Origin: Camelus dromedarius
Taxonomy: Eukaryota
DNA length: 64,000 nt
Assembly (NCBI RefSeq): GCF_036321535.1
Contig: NC_087445.1
Span: 46,748,001-46,812,000, forward strand
Direction: 5' to 3'
Below the pieces are notes generated by a model. That model did not search any database. It had not been told where the DNA came from and saw only the letters and a list, made by a program, of their open reading frames with translations. Below are positions 48,061 to 59,881 of the stretch, piece by piece. The first letter of the stretch is position 1. The number at the start of each line of letters is the position of its first letter. The position numbers and the translations under genes were made by a program.

Positions 48061-48834
48061 GTGGCATAACTGCTGCATTACCCACATTTTTTCCTGCGAG
48101 TCTTCCTGGTGCTCCAGCTTTGCTTCCGCTCTTGGCCCTATGATGCCAACACAAATAGGGAGGCCTCAGGTTACTAGGACAACCGGGGCACAGGAAACCA
48201 TAAAGGCTCAGCACTCCCACTGGCATCACAGACGAGTTGTGCCAGCTCGCTTTCTCCTTTGGGACTCAGTCATACTTCCTATTCCCCATCCCCAAATTAT
48301 CCAGACTGGAAGATACCCAGGCCCAAGCCATAGACCCTGATTTTGCAGCTCTGGTGATGGAATATGGAATGGTGAGATGAGGAATGGCAAACGAAGCCCC
48401 CTGAGAGCTGATGAGATTACAAGCCTGGAGTCAGGGTGCTTCCATTAATTTATACTACTTATACTTGCTTCATTGGACCTTGAATCTTGGATCTTTTTGG
48501 ATCCCTGGCTAGATGTTTTTACAATTTGCTATCCGTTAAAAGATTTAGCAATCTACTTCTGACTGGGAGCAGCTAATTTTCACCAGGAAAATATTAGTTA
48601 CCAGATAATGAATTTGGGTTCTGTTTACATTTTATTATAAAGCTAGTCATTTTTCTTAAGGAAGATCATCTGATTTGGTTAAGTCTTTAAAGCCATGAAT
48701 AAGTGCAGATCTGCTTGTACTCAGATGCATGAAAAATGTTGAATTGATCCAAAACTGGAGCAGGCCACCTCCATGGAACGTTCCTGGCAGGTCAGAGCAA
48801 GAGAGAATAAGGGGTGGGGTGGGGAGTAAAGTAG

Positions 48835-49100
48835 ACTTGATAGCTCTTTTCAAACAGTTGAAGGACTGTCCTGTAGAAGAGGGGTTAGATTTACTTGATT
48901 TAGCTCCAGAAGGTGGAATAGGGACCTTTATTCCAGATGACAGTGGTGGAGGACAAATTTTGACTTATTAAGGAAAGAATATTTGAATAGTTAGAGGACC
49001 TCAAGTTGGAATGAGCTGAACTGTTAGACAGTGAATTATTTGTGACTGTGTTGTTTATATAGAGGTTAGATTATCATTTGCACAAGGGTTGGATGAGATT
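48835..49100 (+). mobile_element. CR1/L3 LINE 3' fragment
   Basis: ATAGCTCTTTTCAAACAGTTGAAGGACTGTCCTGTAGAAGAGGGGTTAGATTT...TAAGGAAAGAATATTT. Confidence 0.75.
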
Positions 49101-51024
49101 TTTGGACATTAAATTGTGTTTGACCTATAAGGAGAAACAGGCAAATTTTTTGGAAGTCAATTCACCCTTTCTGTTATATGATTCTGTGGTAGCTTTTATA
49201 GTGTTACTATTTTCCTAGGCACCTCTACCAAGTTTACCCCATTAAGTCATTGAATATTAAGAGTTGGTAGTAGAGTCTTTAGAGAGTTCTCAAATGTTGT
49301 ACCCGAGTCCTCTGTTGATTCCTCAAGAATGATGCAGAGGTAGTTGAGAAATATAATGAAGGATATCTGGGGCACTGAGCAATCTTGCTTTTTTTTTTCC
49401 TCCTGGGGGTGGGGGTTCTGCTGAAACCCAAACCAAACCAAAAAACCCTTAAGGACCCTGATATTTCAGATTCTTCATTTATTGACAGGAAAACTGATAT
49501 ATGGAGCAGGGAAGTGTCTTGCCAAAGATCGTACAGCTAATAAGTTTCAGAGTTGGAATTCAGATCTAGCTCCTCTAATTCCAATCATTTGTTTCTTCCA
49601 CTCTACTAGTTTACCTTCTTATAATTTGGTAAAAGTTTTCTTTCCACTTTTCAGGCCACCAGTATAATCCATAATTTTATTTCTTTGGATCCACTATTCT
49701 CTATTAGCCACTGAACTCTCCCTGCTGTCCAATCTCTGTTTCTTCTGGTTTATGTTATATACACTGTTACCACGTTATTCCTCATCAAACATTGTCTTCA
49801 GCATGAGATTTCCCTGCTGAAGAACCTTCTCCCTATTGCCTGTAAGAACTTTACAGCTTGACGCATAGTTAGCATTTTTGGATCCTTATTCTACTAACTG
49901 AATTTGAGCCCATTCTGTTATGGGTAATAAATGGGCTACGGAATGGTGAGATTAACTGAGTCCTCCCTACCCCTGGACTACAACTTTGACAGGATTTTTG
50001 TGTATCCAGTTTTAATCAGGGATGATAAGATACAAAAGAAATAGAAGATCGCAGCTCATAAAAAGCAAGTTGTATTACAATAAGTATAATATAATCCAAT
50101 TTATATGACACATACTTGTATTTTTTAAAAACTAGAATGAGATGTATAGAAACTGGGGGAAAAAAACCCACACCAAACTGATAATAGACATTAACTTTGA
50201 TGAGGGGGATTTAGAAAGGGTGGGGGACTGGGGAGGAAGGAGGGAACTTAAAATACTTAATTCTCCACTGAGGAGAGCCTCCCAGGATAGAAGGGAAGCC
50301 TAAAGAACCAGGCTTGGAACTCATAAGAGAAAGAACTGCTCAACTGTCTTGCCTGCACCACTGCAAGCCGTTTCTTTGCCTTTTGGATCACTCTTTGAAA
50401 GAACTGAAGTCCCACGAGATTATTTGACTGGTCAAGCTTAAATTAAGGGCCATCTATGGCTCTATCAGGAAAGGATCTAGAGGAAGGAACCCCTAGGAAA
50501 ACTCCTTGGTTTCTGTTGAGTGAGAGCAAACATTTGATTTTACTCTCCCAACAAGGCTGTGCACAGTGTGAGAGAGTTAAATGCCTGAAAGGACATCAGA
50601 GTACTCTTAGGATCCTGGGAACTAGAAATGACAAATTGGCTTCATCACCCCTCCCATCTACACTTGGATCCTGGGCTTTTCTTTTCTTTTGGTCCAACCA
50701 AGCCCTCGGTGTGGTTTTAACATTTACTAGGGATTGAGGAGCAACAAATTAAGGGGATTGGGGAGGGGAGAAGTGTAAGGCAGGGCAGGGAGGGAGGGCA
50801 GTTAGCAGGTTTTACTTTGCTTTCTCCCTTTCCTGTGCTTGTACAGAAAGCCTTTTCAGTCCCTGACAGTTAAAAAAATGATCATAATAAATATTTGTGA
50901 ATTGGATTACAAGTAAAAACCATATCCATCTGGCTTTTCTTACAACCTGTTCCTCTGATGGTGGAGCTATTCTTCCCCTGTGCCATAAAGAGTGTGGCCA
51001 GGGAGACATTTCTGCTCATCTCCC

Positions 51025-51026
<2 letters not shown>

Positions 51027-51082
<56 letters not shown>

Positions 51083-51090
51083 CGCGCGTG
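51027..51090. repeat. Compound microsatellite (TG)24(CG)7TG
   Basis: Read directly from sequence. Confidence 0.98.
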
Positions 51091-51524
51091 CCTGCCAGCA
51101 TACATGCCAGATTATCTTCTGACCTTTTTGGAAGGTCCAGACCCCAGTCAGAGTATGTACCAGAAGTACTTTGTTTTCTGACAGTGGGAATTCTTCACTT
51201 TTGAAGCATTAACCTTCTGATAAAAAATACCTTTCTCCAATTCTCATCATAGCTTAGGCATGCTTTTTAAAAAGTTAACTTGGGTTAATCACCAGAGGAT
51301 GTGCAAATTCACACTCTTAACTTCTGTGACTTGGAAAAGAATTTCCCTCACCTACTCTGTTTCCACTGGGCAGAGAATCCATTCCTTTGATATGTTTCAG
51401 AAGGCTGATGGATCAGGAATGATCCTGTACTACCAATGAACCAACCAACTTCTGTAAGGATTTGTCTGCCAGCCACTATTGGTAACAAAAAAGACTTTTA
51501 AATAACCCTTTAACTGTTGCAAAA

Positions 51525-52720
51525 TGATTTATTTTTTCAACTGCATTGAAATAGAATTTACATAAAAGACAATGCACACACTTTAAGGGTACAATTCAGT
51601 GAGTTTGACAGATGTTTACACCAGAGTAATCTCCGCAGTCAATATATAGAACAGTTCTGTCACCCTCCCCAAATCCCCCTGTTACCCTTTGCAGTCAGTC
51701 TCTGACCACCCCACCCCAGACATTCAATGATCAGATTTCTATCACTGTAAATTAATTTTGCCTACTATAGAGCTTCATATAAATGGACTCATACAGTATT
51801 ACCCTGTGTATGGCTTCTTTAATTCAGTATTGTTTCGATATCCATTTATGTTTTTGTGTATATCAATAGTTCACCTTTTTTATTATTGAGTAGTATTTCA
51901 TAGTTGGATATACCACAATTAGTTTATCCATTCATCTGTTGATGGAAATTTAGGTTGTTTTCCACTTTTTGGAAGCTCCTGTGAACACTCACATATAAGT
52001 CTTTGTGGACATGTGTTTGAATTTTTCTTGGATAAATACCTAGGAGTGAAATCTTAGGTCCTGTGATATGGGAATGTTTAATTGCCAAACTTTTCCAAAG
52101 TGGCTGTACAATTTTACATTTACCGGCATTGTGTGAGAGTTCCAGAGTCCAGCATGCCCATCAGTACTTGGTATTGTCAGTTTTTAAAAATCATTCTAGT
52201 AGGTGTGTCGTGGTATCTCATTATGGTTTTAATTTGCATTTCCCCACAATTAATGACACTGAACACTTTTTCATGTGCCTATTTTTCCATCAATATCTCT
52301 TGGTGAAGTCTCTTTAAATTTTTTGCCCATTTGAAAAATTGGAGTGTTTGATTTCTTCTTATTGCATTGTAAGAGTTCTTTATATGGTCTTGTTACTGTG
52401 TTATGAGAGTTCTTTATATATTCTGGATACAAGTCCTTTGTGAGTTTATGAATTGAAAATATTTCCCCCTTAATCAGTGGCTTGCCTTTTTATTTTCTTT
52501 ATGGTGTCTTTTGAAGAACAGAAGTTTTAAATTTTGATGAAGTCTAATTTCTTACTTTTTTTTCTTGTGTAGTTAGCGTTTTTTTGTGCCCTGCATAAGG
52601 AATCTTTGCTTATACCGAAGTCACAAAGATTTTTCTCTATCTGAAAGTTTTATAGTTTTAACATTTACATTTAGATCTTTTTATGTTTATGATCCATTTT
52701 GATCACTTCTTTAACTTTGT
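51525..52720 (-). mobile_element. L1 (L1MB-like) 3' portion
   Basis: Antisense L1 3'UTR/ORF2 end: TTTATCCATTCATCTGTTGATGG, GGATAAATACCTAGGAGTG, TTTTCCAAAGTGGCTGTACAATTTTACATT, GGTATCTCATTATGGTTTTAATTTGCATTTCC. Confidence 0.92.
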
Positions 52721-52859
52721 CCTCACTGCACAACAGATGCAGTAGGAAAGCAAGAATCTGAAATAAAGATGATACCTCTCTCAAAAACAGATATATTGTA
52801 GGACAAAAATATTAACCTTTTTTTCTGTGTATTATTGTCCTCATCTAACATTAAGTGTT

Positions 52860-52990
52860 GACTATTCATTAGTGAAATACATATCATCACCTGCTGTGAA
52901 CCAGGCACTGGAGATTCAGTAATGAACATATTAGACAATGTCCTTGCTTCATGGAGCCTACATTTTAGTGGGAGAGGTTGTGTTTTAGTG
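52860..52990 (-). mobile_element. L2 3' end fragment
   Basis: ACCTGCTGTGAACCAGGCACTGGAGATTCAG...TCCTTGCTTCATGGAGCCTACATTTTAGTGGG. Confidence 0.75.
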
Positions 52991-54859
52991 AGCATCCATT
53001 GTATGCATGGCAAAAATCAAGAAAATATTATTGCCTCTACCTGTGATTCCTCAATTGAAGGAAGTATTTCAAATCCTTGGAGTACTTAATCTTATTGTAC
53101 AATAGAGCAGGAACGTCCTACAAAGGGGCACTGATTTGTAGAACGAAGGGACTCTTGGGCTGCATACAGGCAGCTATAATGCAATATGGGAAATGGTATA
53201 GCGGCACAGGATGGAAAATCAGAGTAAGTGGTCTCATGCTCCCGTTACTGCTGAGATATAGTGACCAGACTTAATACTCTTGTCCTTGATTTAAGCAAAA
53301 CAGTTTGTTTTGTCTCCAGTCCTGTTTTTGGTATCTTTTCCCCAAAAGAGTTTACTGATGGTATCTTCAGAGAACCCTTAGATCTCTTTCATGATAGTCA
53401 GAGAATGAGATATCTTATCTTTCCTCAAAACCAGTCATGGTTTGTGCCAATGATACACCATTCTTCAAATCACTTCTTGTATCAGTAATAAGTGCTATTT
53501 ACTATTAACATTTATAACCTAGTACTAATATCGAAAAACCAGATAATGAGTGGTGTTAATTCAGAGCAGGATGAGACCACTATGGCTTAGATTGACCTTC
53601 ATGGAAGAAATAAAGCTTTAACTAGTTCTGAAAGGTAAGTAGGGTTTTGGTGGATAATAAATAAGGAGAGCAGATTAATTTGGATTAGTGGGTTTGAGAA
53701 AGAAGAGATTAAGGACCAGCATATACCCCATTCATGGTGTAACTCCCCTCTCATCTGTTCATAGCAGATGTCATTAGTCCATCATGGCACTCATTCTTGC
53801 TGAGCCTGGCAAGACTGGAACTAGGTAAGAGGAAAATAAATGTAGGCATTCAATGGAGAGATAATTTCAAAGAGGCATCAGTGAGACTTCATGAAAATGT
53901 CTGACCCTGGAGGTCAGGATGTGGGGCCTTTCCCATGTGCAACAGAGACTGTGAAGTGTTTCTGTTGCATCTATGCTGACAATACAAGCATCTGAGGGGT
54001 GTGATAGTCACCACCAGACTCAGAAAGACAGTGCTGGGGAAGGCAGTGCAATTTTTTCTGCCAGAGGGCGCCACTCAGGCAGTTTTTAGGCTGGGAGAGA
54101 ACCTTGGACCCTTGAGTTAACACAAGCTGTGAAGTTGGCCCTGTTGCCAGCAGAGTCAGCAGCAAACAGGGGCAAAGGAACTTTGCTCTGAAGATCTAGG
54201 GAACCAGAGGACCACCTGCTCAAGGAGTTCAACTCTTACTTGCTGCTAAGAAATCCCCTTCCCCTCGTCCATCCAGCTCTGCCTCCAGGTAGGGAAGCAG
54301 GGGGAGAGGTAGCTATCTGAGAGACCAAGCACTTTTTATTCAAGAGAGTCTGAGCAGTACCTTAAAGACTGTTTAAATGATCAGATTTCACTATATTAAA
54401 CTGGTTTGAGGACTTCTGACGGATGGGGTTTTCAGCAACTGTGATGATGTACAAGACCATCATGTGAGTAAAAGGTGCCAGTCGGCTCATCCACCACCTT
54501 GGACGAGGCAAGGCAGGACTGGATGTGGAATGATGCAGGCCTGTGTCCCTGTTTCCCAGGGGGCCGATTGGGCCCATCTGAGGTAGGTTAGGATAGATGC
54601 CAGGGGCATGTCACCCAGCTGAGCAGGTAGCTCAGTGCACTCAGCTGCAAGGGGACTGCTTACCCTTGTATCACCAGTGTCCCAGCACTGGTTGCACCCA
54701 TCAGCAAGGGAGAACCATCCTGGAACACATCCACCTGGCCCTGTCAAACCTGTGGGGACAGATTCTTGTGACCTGCTGTTTCCCTTGGCATCCACCTTTC
54801 AGTTGTCCTCACCTTGAGGAACCCATTTTTTGAGGAGCCATCCAGATGACTTGGATTTT

Positions 54860-55980
54860 GTCATTTACTCATTTTTCTTATTTATTCTCATATTAATTGA
54901 GTCTGTTATGCCATATACTGTCGTAGGCACTGAGAATACAGCATTTTGTTGGGATGAGGGAATAAACACAAATAAATATAATGACGTTTGAGCAATATTA
55001 AATTTGAAAAATAGTACCGAGAAAATAGAGAGTATTATTGGAATACAATGTGTATTGGGGGGGACCTTGTCTATAAAAGTAGTGATGTTAACACTTACCT
55101 TAAGAATGATTTTGAGGTGATCAGGTGAAAGATGGGAAGAATGCTTCAGGCAGAGGGAACAGTATTGCAAGGGTGATAGATATAAAAGGAATGAAAGAAG
55201 TTCAGTGTATCTGGAGCCTAGAGAGGGACCGGAGGGATGTGATGTGAGACGAGGCTGAAGAGGTAGGCAGGGGCCAGATCATGGAGCACTTTGAAATCCA
55301 TGATAAGGTGTTCATAGTTCATCCCTACCAAGGGAAGGCCATTCAAGTGTTTTACTCAGAGGAATGACTTTGCCAGCACTGCATTTTGGCTGTTTATTAT
55401 AGGCAGTAGATGGGGAGGGTAAACACATGATGCTGGGAGACAAGTTAAGGGACTGTTTACATTAGTCCAGGTGAAAGATGATGGTGGTTTGGACTACATA
55501 GGGCAGAGGTAGTGGAGAAGTGGATGGCATATTTTGGAAGAATATCCAGCAAGACATGGATGTGGAGAGTAAGGGAGATGGAGAATTCAAGGATGACTCA
55601 AGTTTTTGGTTTGAACATGTGGGTGGATGGTGGTGTCATTTACTGAGTAAGAGAATATTAGGGTGGGAAGCTATTTTCAGGGAAAATCACATGCCAGGTT
55701 TTGGACATTGGAGTTTGAAGTGCTTACAAGTCTATCAAGTGAAGACATCCAGTAGGCAATTGGATATATTAATTTAGAGCTGAATTACCAGCTGGACTGG
55801 TAATTCATTCTTGGCATATAGAAGCGGTTATTGGAATCATGGTTATAGATAGAATTGTAGACAGAGAGTTGAGCAGAGATAATCTGGAGTAGAGCCTCAA
55901 GAAGCACCAGTCACCCCAATGGACAGGTAGAACGGGAAGGACTGATAGAGAACTGCCAGGTGGTTGGAGGGAACACAGAA
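54860..55980 (-). mobile_element. L2 LINE
   Basis: L2 3' end at ~54860 then CAGGCAGAGGGAACAG, GGGGCCAGATCATGGAG, CCAGGTGAAAGATGATGGTGG.TTGGAC, CAAGGATGACTC.AGTTTT, CCAGTAGGCAATTGGATAT. Confidence 0.92.
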
Positions 55981-57539
55981 GGTGTATCACTACAGTTTGC
56001 TGTGGAGATGTACCAGAGCATTTGGCTGGACTCCTGATGGTGCTGAAGTTACCTATAATGTTTGATGGGGTGGGTGGCCTTCAGAGGACCAGAGGAGCAA
56101 ACCTGGAACTCCCAGCCTGCCTTGAGTATCTCTCTAGTAACACGGCAGCCTTCTGCCTTCAAATCTGAAGAAGCCTGGACTCCAGGAGGTAACAGGGGCT
56201 CAGAGGAAGGAAATGGTTCCCCATGGATGTATTATGTTCAAGGCTCTGCCTTTAACCTAGCGAGATTCAGTAGGATCAGAGTGAATCCCCGTCTATGGAC
56301 ATGAACCATCCCACAGATTTTGTTGTATTCTTATCACTCCCTAGAAGCATATCCTCATCTCTTTTTTCCCCTGCCTTTGCCACTCTGATTCGGAAGCCCA
56401 GTTAGTTCCCCTTGGTTCTTGACCTCTGATTTAGCTTGGCTAGCTCCCCCTTTCTGAGGAGTGACTTCCACATATACATACTTCTAATAACCCTTCTGCT
56501 TGGCTGGCCCAGAAGCTGCCTCCTTATGCACCAATAAGCAGTCACCACAGAGCACAGCCCAGTTTTATAGGCCTAGATAAGTATAGATGCTTCCTCTGCC
56601 CCCTCTAGAGGTGTTCATGGCTCTTAGCCTTGGAATTTCTGTTCTCTTCAATCATCTCCTTCTCTTCTGTTTTGCTTGTCAGAAGCATATTCATTAGCTA
56701 GATGTTAAGGCTGGTTCTACCTTTCAGGGACGCTTGGCTTTTAGAGCTATTATCCTAGTCTAGTATCTGGGCCTAGTCTCACTCATGGTCTTAGGGCTTT
56801 TGATGACTTTTCCTACTGAGTAATATTCTGTGGAGGTTTCTACCACATGCTTTCTTTCCTGCCAGGATTAGTCAGAAATTAGCCCCAAATTGCCATCTTC
56901 CTATTCCAAAAGTCAACTCTATGTTCCATGTATTGGGTCTGAGGGAGGCTTGTAGCCCTTAGCTTATTTTGGGACCTATGATTAACATACCCTGGGTCTA
57001 AATAATGAAGTTGCAAGTCCAGTGGTGGTTTGCAATTTCTATATAGAAGCTTAAGGGCAGAAATCTGATTGGGAGGGGAGGGAGTCAGAAGATTTGTCTT
57101 GAAGTTGAGTGTGAGTTATGTGATTAGCTGACCAGGACTGACCACCAGAAAAATAAACACAAAGATATGATTAATAAAAATACATACTTTGTTCGTAGAA
57201 GTTAGTTTAACAAATGTAGAATCTCTGGCCTTTAAAAAAACCTTTTGTTGACTAGTTATTTCATTTACTTAGTTTCTTCCTTCCCCAAAGTATGATACCA
57301 TTAACCAGTGAATTTTAAATGCATGCTTTGCTGACTTTTTCTATTTATTTTTATTTAGTTTACTTTATGTGAAGGGGGAGGGAGTTCACTGCCACTGATG
57401 CCAACAACTCTTCCTCATATCCTCCACGCAGTCTTTTCCTTGGTGAGTTGTACTGTAAAATTCTAATCATTACTGTTGTGCAATATCAAAATGCCTTATT
57501 TATGTAGCAATTGCAGCACACTTGTCCACACCCAGGGAA

Positions 57540-57780
57540 ACAAGGTGATGTTCCACCTGAAATTATTTCCACTGAGGTGATAGATGATGCCATGATTGTG
57601 GATGAACTCACTGAGGAAATGAGTATAGGAAGAAGGATGCAGAAAGCTGAGGACCAGAGCGTGGGAGAGGGGAAGGCTACATTTCAGAGGAGGAAGAGGA
57701 TCTGCACCACACTGAGCAATGAGCAGACGCTGAGATGGAAGGATGACTAGGAGAATGAGCTGTGGTTGAAGCCATGGTAA
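57540..57780 (-). mobile_element. L2 fragment
   Basis: GAGGTGATAGATGATGCCATGATTGTGGATGAACTCACT...GGACCAGAGC. Confidence 0.6.
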
Positions 57781-58129
57781 GAAGAAGGTGATGGCCAATA
57801 GTGTGTTTGAAGAATAAGGGAGGGACTTGCTGTCATCTGTAAAGTAGGAACTTCCTCATCTCCATCATTTATAAAAATTTTACACTAGATTATTCAATTC
57901 TATTCAACAAGTATTTATTGTGCTGAATCCTAACTGTGGTGGAGTTGTATAAAAGAGGTACAAATTGTTTCAAAGTAATTTGTCTTTATAAACGAATATA
58001 CCAGTAATTTATACATAAAATCTCTATCAGTTTTGACTGGTATATTTATTAAATGGAAACCACAGACCTATTTCAGTGACATTTAAAAAACATATTTTGG
58101 TATCCTTTCATTCCTGTGATGCCTTTTTT

Positions 58130-58680
58130 TTTTAAACCCTTATGTAGTTTTTTTCTTACTATAAAATAGTACATAATCATTAAAAATACATTTATACATA
58201 AAATTATAACTCATCTTAGCCCCAAAAGATAGCCATCCTCAATATTTTGATTTCTACCATTCCAGATTTCTACTATGTGTGTCTGTGTGTGTGTGTATGT
58301 GTGTTTAATAAAACTGGACTTATTCCATACATTTTTCAATTTTGTTTCCATTTAATAATGTATGGTGAACAATCTTTGATACCGTACATCTCTTGAAACA
58401 ATGTTTAGTGGGCTGCTTGGATTTTAATATATGAGTGTAACCTAATTTAATTATACAATGTCCTATTACTAGAAACTTAGATCTTCCCTAATTTTTCAAT
58501 ATTATAAACAGTGCTATGTTAAGTATCTTTGAAGCGAAATCTATGATTGTTTTCTTCATCTAAATTCTTGAAGTGGAATTGATGGGTTAATGGTAAAAAC
58601 ACTTTAAAGGCTTTGGTGGAAATTGCCAGGTTGCTCTCTAAAGCTGTAACAGATTGTGCTCCTGCTAGCAGTACATGTCC
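58130..58680 (-). mobile_element. Old L1 (L1ME/MD-like) 3' fragment
   Basis: AT-rich antisense L1 3' pattern, AATTCTTGAAGTGGAATTGATGGGT, ATTGCCAGGTTGCTCTC. Confidence 0.6.
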
Positions 58681-58939
58681 TTGCCCTTCCCCAAGTTATC
58701 CTGAGGATGGGGAAGTAGGAAGTCCATAATGCTCCTTTCTCTCTCTTTCCCCCAAACTCTTTTTCTCTCCTCTCCTGTGTTCTTTGGGGGAAAGAGGAAA
58801 ACCACTTCTGTCTCTTCATTCCTCCGTATAACTCAGTCTGTATTCACACCAATAGCAGTGAACTCTGAATTAGAAATTTTGGAATCAGGGTCTTTGTTCT
58901 CGGTAGCGGTCAATTCATTTTTGGTTTCACTGCCACGTT

Positions 58940-59120
58940 TCCGGCCAGGAAAACAGAAATCACTCTAAGTATTTAAATTAGAGGGAATTTCATCCAGAGA
59001 ATTAGCTATAAAAGTGAAGGAAGAGCTGGGAAGCCACTCAAGGGAAGGCGAGGCAATCCAGAGATCAGCAACAGCTGAAGGAACAAAGGTAAGTTAGAAG
59101 CTGGAACTTTGGAGCGCCAG
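58940..59120. mobile_element. MaLR (MLT1-like) LTR fragment
   Basis: CAGGAAAACAGAAATCACTCTAAGTATTT...GAGGGAATTT...GGAAGAGCTG resembles old MLT1 LTR ends. Confidence 0.5.
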
Positions 59121-59410
59121 CCCGAGGGCAGCTGCAGTCACAGGGGACACGCGATTTCTATCGGAGATGCTGGCCTAGGCGGAGGGACACAAGGAGGTCC
59201 TCTGGCTCCGGCGTCCCTCTGACTTCCATTCTTCGTCGGTGCCTCTCGTTGACTGAATTCAGCAGGGACTCAGGGGGCCCAGGGCGCGGTCTGTGAGTGT
59301 CAGCCTCACTGGAGAGGAAGAGGAGCGGATCTGATAAGAACAAGGTCGCGGACTGACGGGTGGGTAGGGCCAGTGGGAGGGGAGGGAGCACGTGATCGCT
59401 CTGCTGCGTA
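59110..59410 (+). promoter_or_regulatory. CpG-enriched putative promoter/enhancer with first-exon-type donor
   Basis: Local CpG enrichment; TGATAA 59332-59337, TGACG 59354-59358, CACGTG 59389-59394, donor GTAAGC at 59408. Confidence 0.5.
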
Positions 59411-59881
59411 AGCTGGCTTTTGTCTCTTTCTAGTTAGTCCACTTCTTAAGGGTGGGTGAGGCAGGGAACTATGTTCTGACTTTTATTTTTGTGTCCTTTA
59501 AAAGCCTCTCATAAATATTGTTTACATTGAACCCAATTTAACGGTTTCTCAGCTCTCTTTTAGTCGTGTATCACTGACCGGCTCCCCTCGGAATTTTTAG
59601 TGAGATGAAACATTTGAAAACCTTTGCACAGATGGTGGGCAACCTTCCCTGCCCTTTTTGCTAGACAGTTTAGTTACTCTCAGTAGCTGATGGGAGGTGT
59701 TCTCAGCTGCCATTTGGTGGGAGAGGCTAGCGTCACATTACTGCTCCAGTTTTCTCTCTCGGGGACCTAGCAGGTGTTTGAGGACAACGACTGTCTCATC
59801 TACTCACATGGAGTCTTTGTAGTCATTTATAGCACATCTGTTGTTTTTAGAGCCTTATTTTCATCCAAATATGTGTGTATG

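Larger units (their letters stand above)
45422..57442 (+). pseudogene. Candidate decayed multi-exon gene or spliced non-coding unit (unidentified)
   Basis: Series of AG...GT bounded segments with mostly compatible phases and sparse in-frame stops (see findings); no homology assignment possible by eye. Confidence 0.35.

Noticed and set aside
52063-52317. ORFs of 74-84 aa at ~52.1 kb
   Set aside because: Antisense readings of old L1 ORF2/3'UTR sequence.
54362-54760. Minus-strand mini-gene reading GCVPGWFSLADGCNQCW (pacifastin-like Cys spacing) with AATAAA downstream
   Set aside because: Incomplete Cys pattern, no consistent upstream exon, and it is the antisense of the better-supported + strand cluster; probably chance.
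57496-57798. ORFs 57511-57750 (+) and 57496-57798 (-)
   Set aside because: Lie in a decayed L2 fragment.
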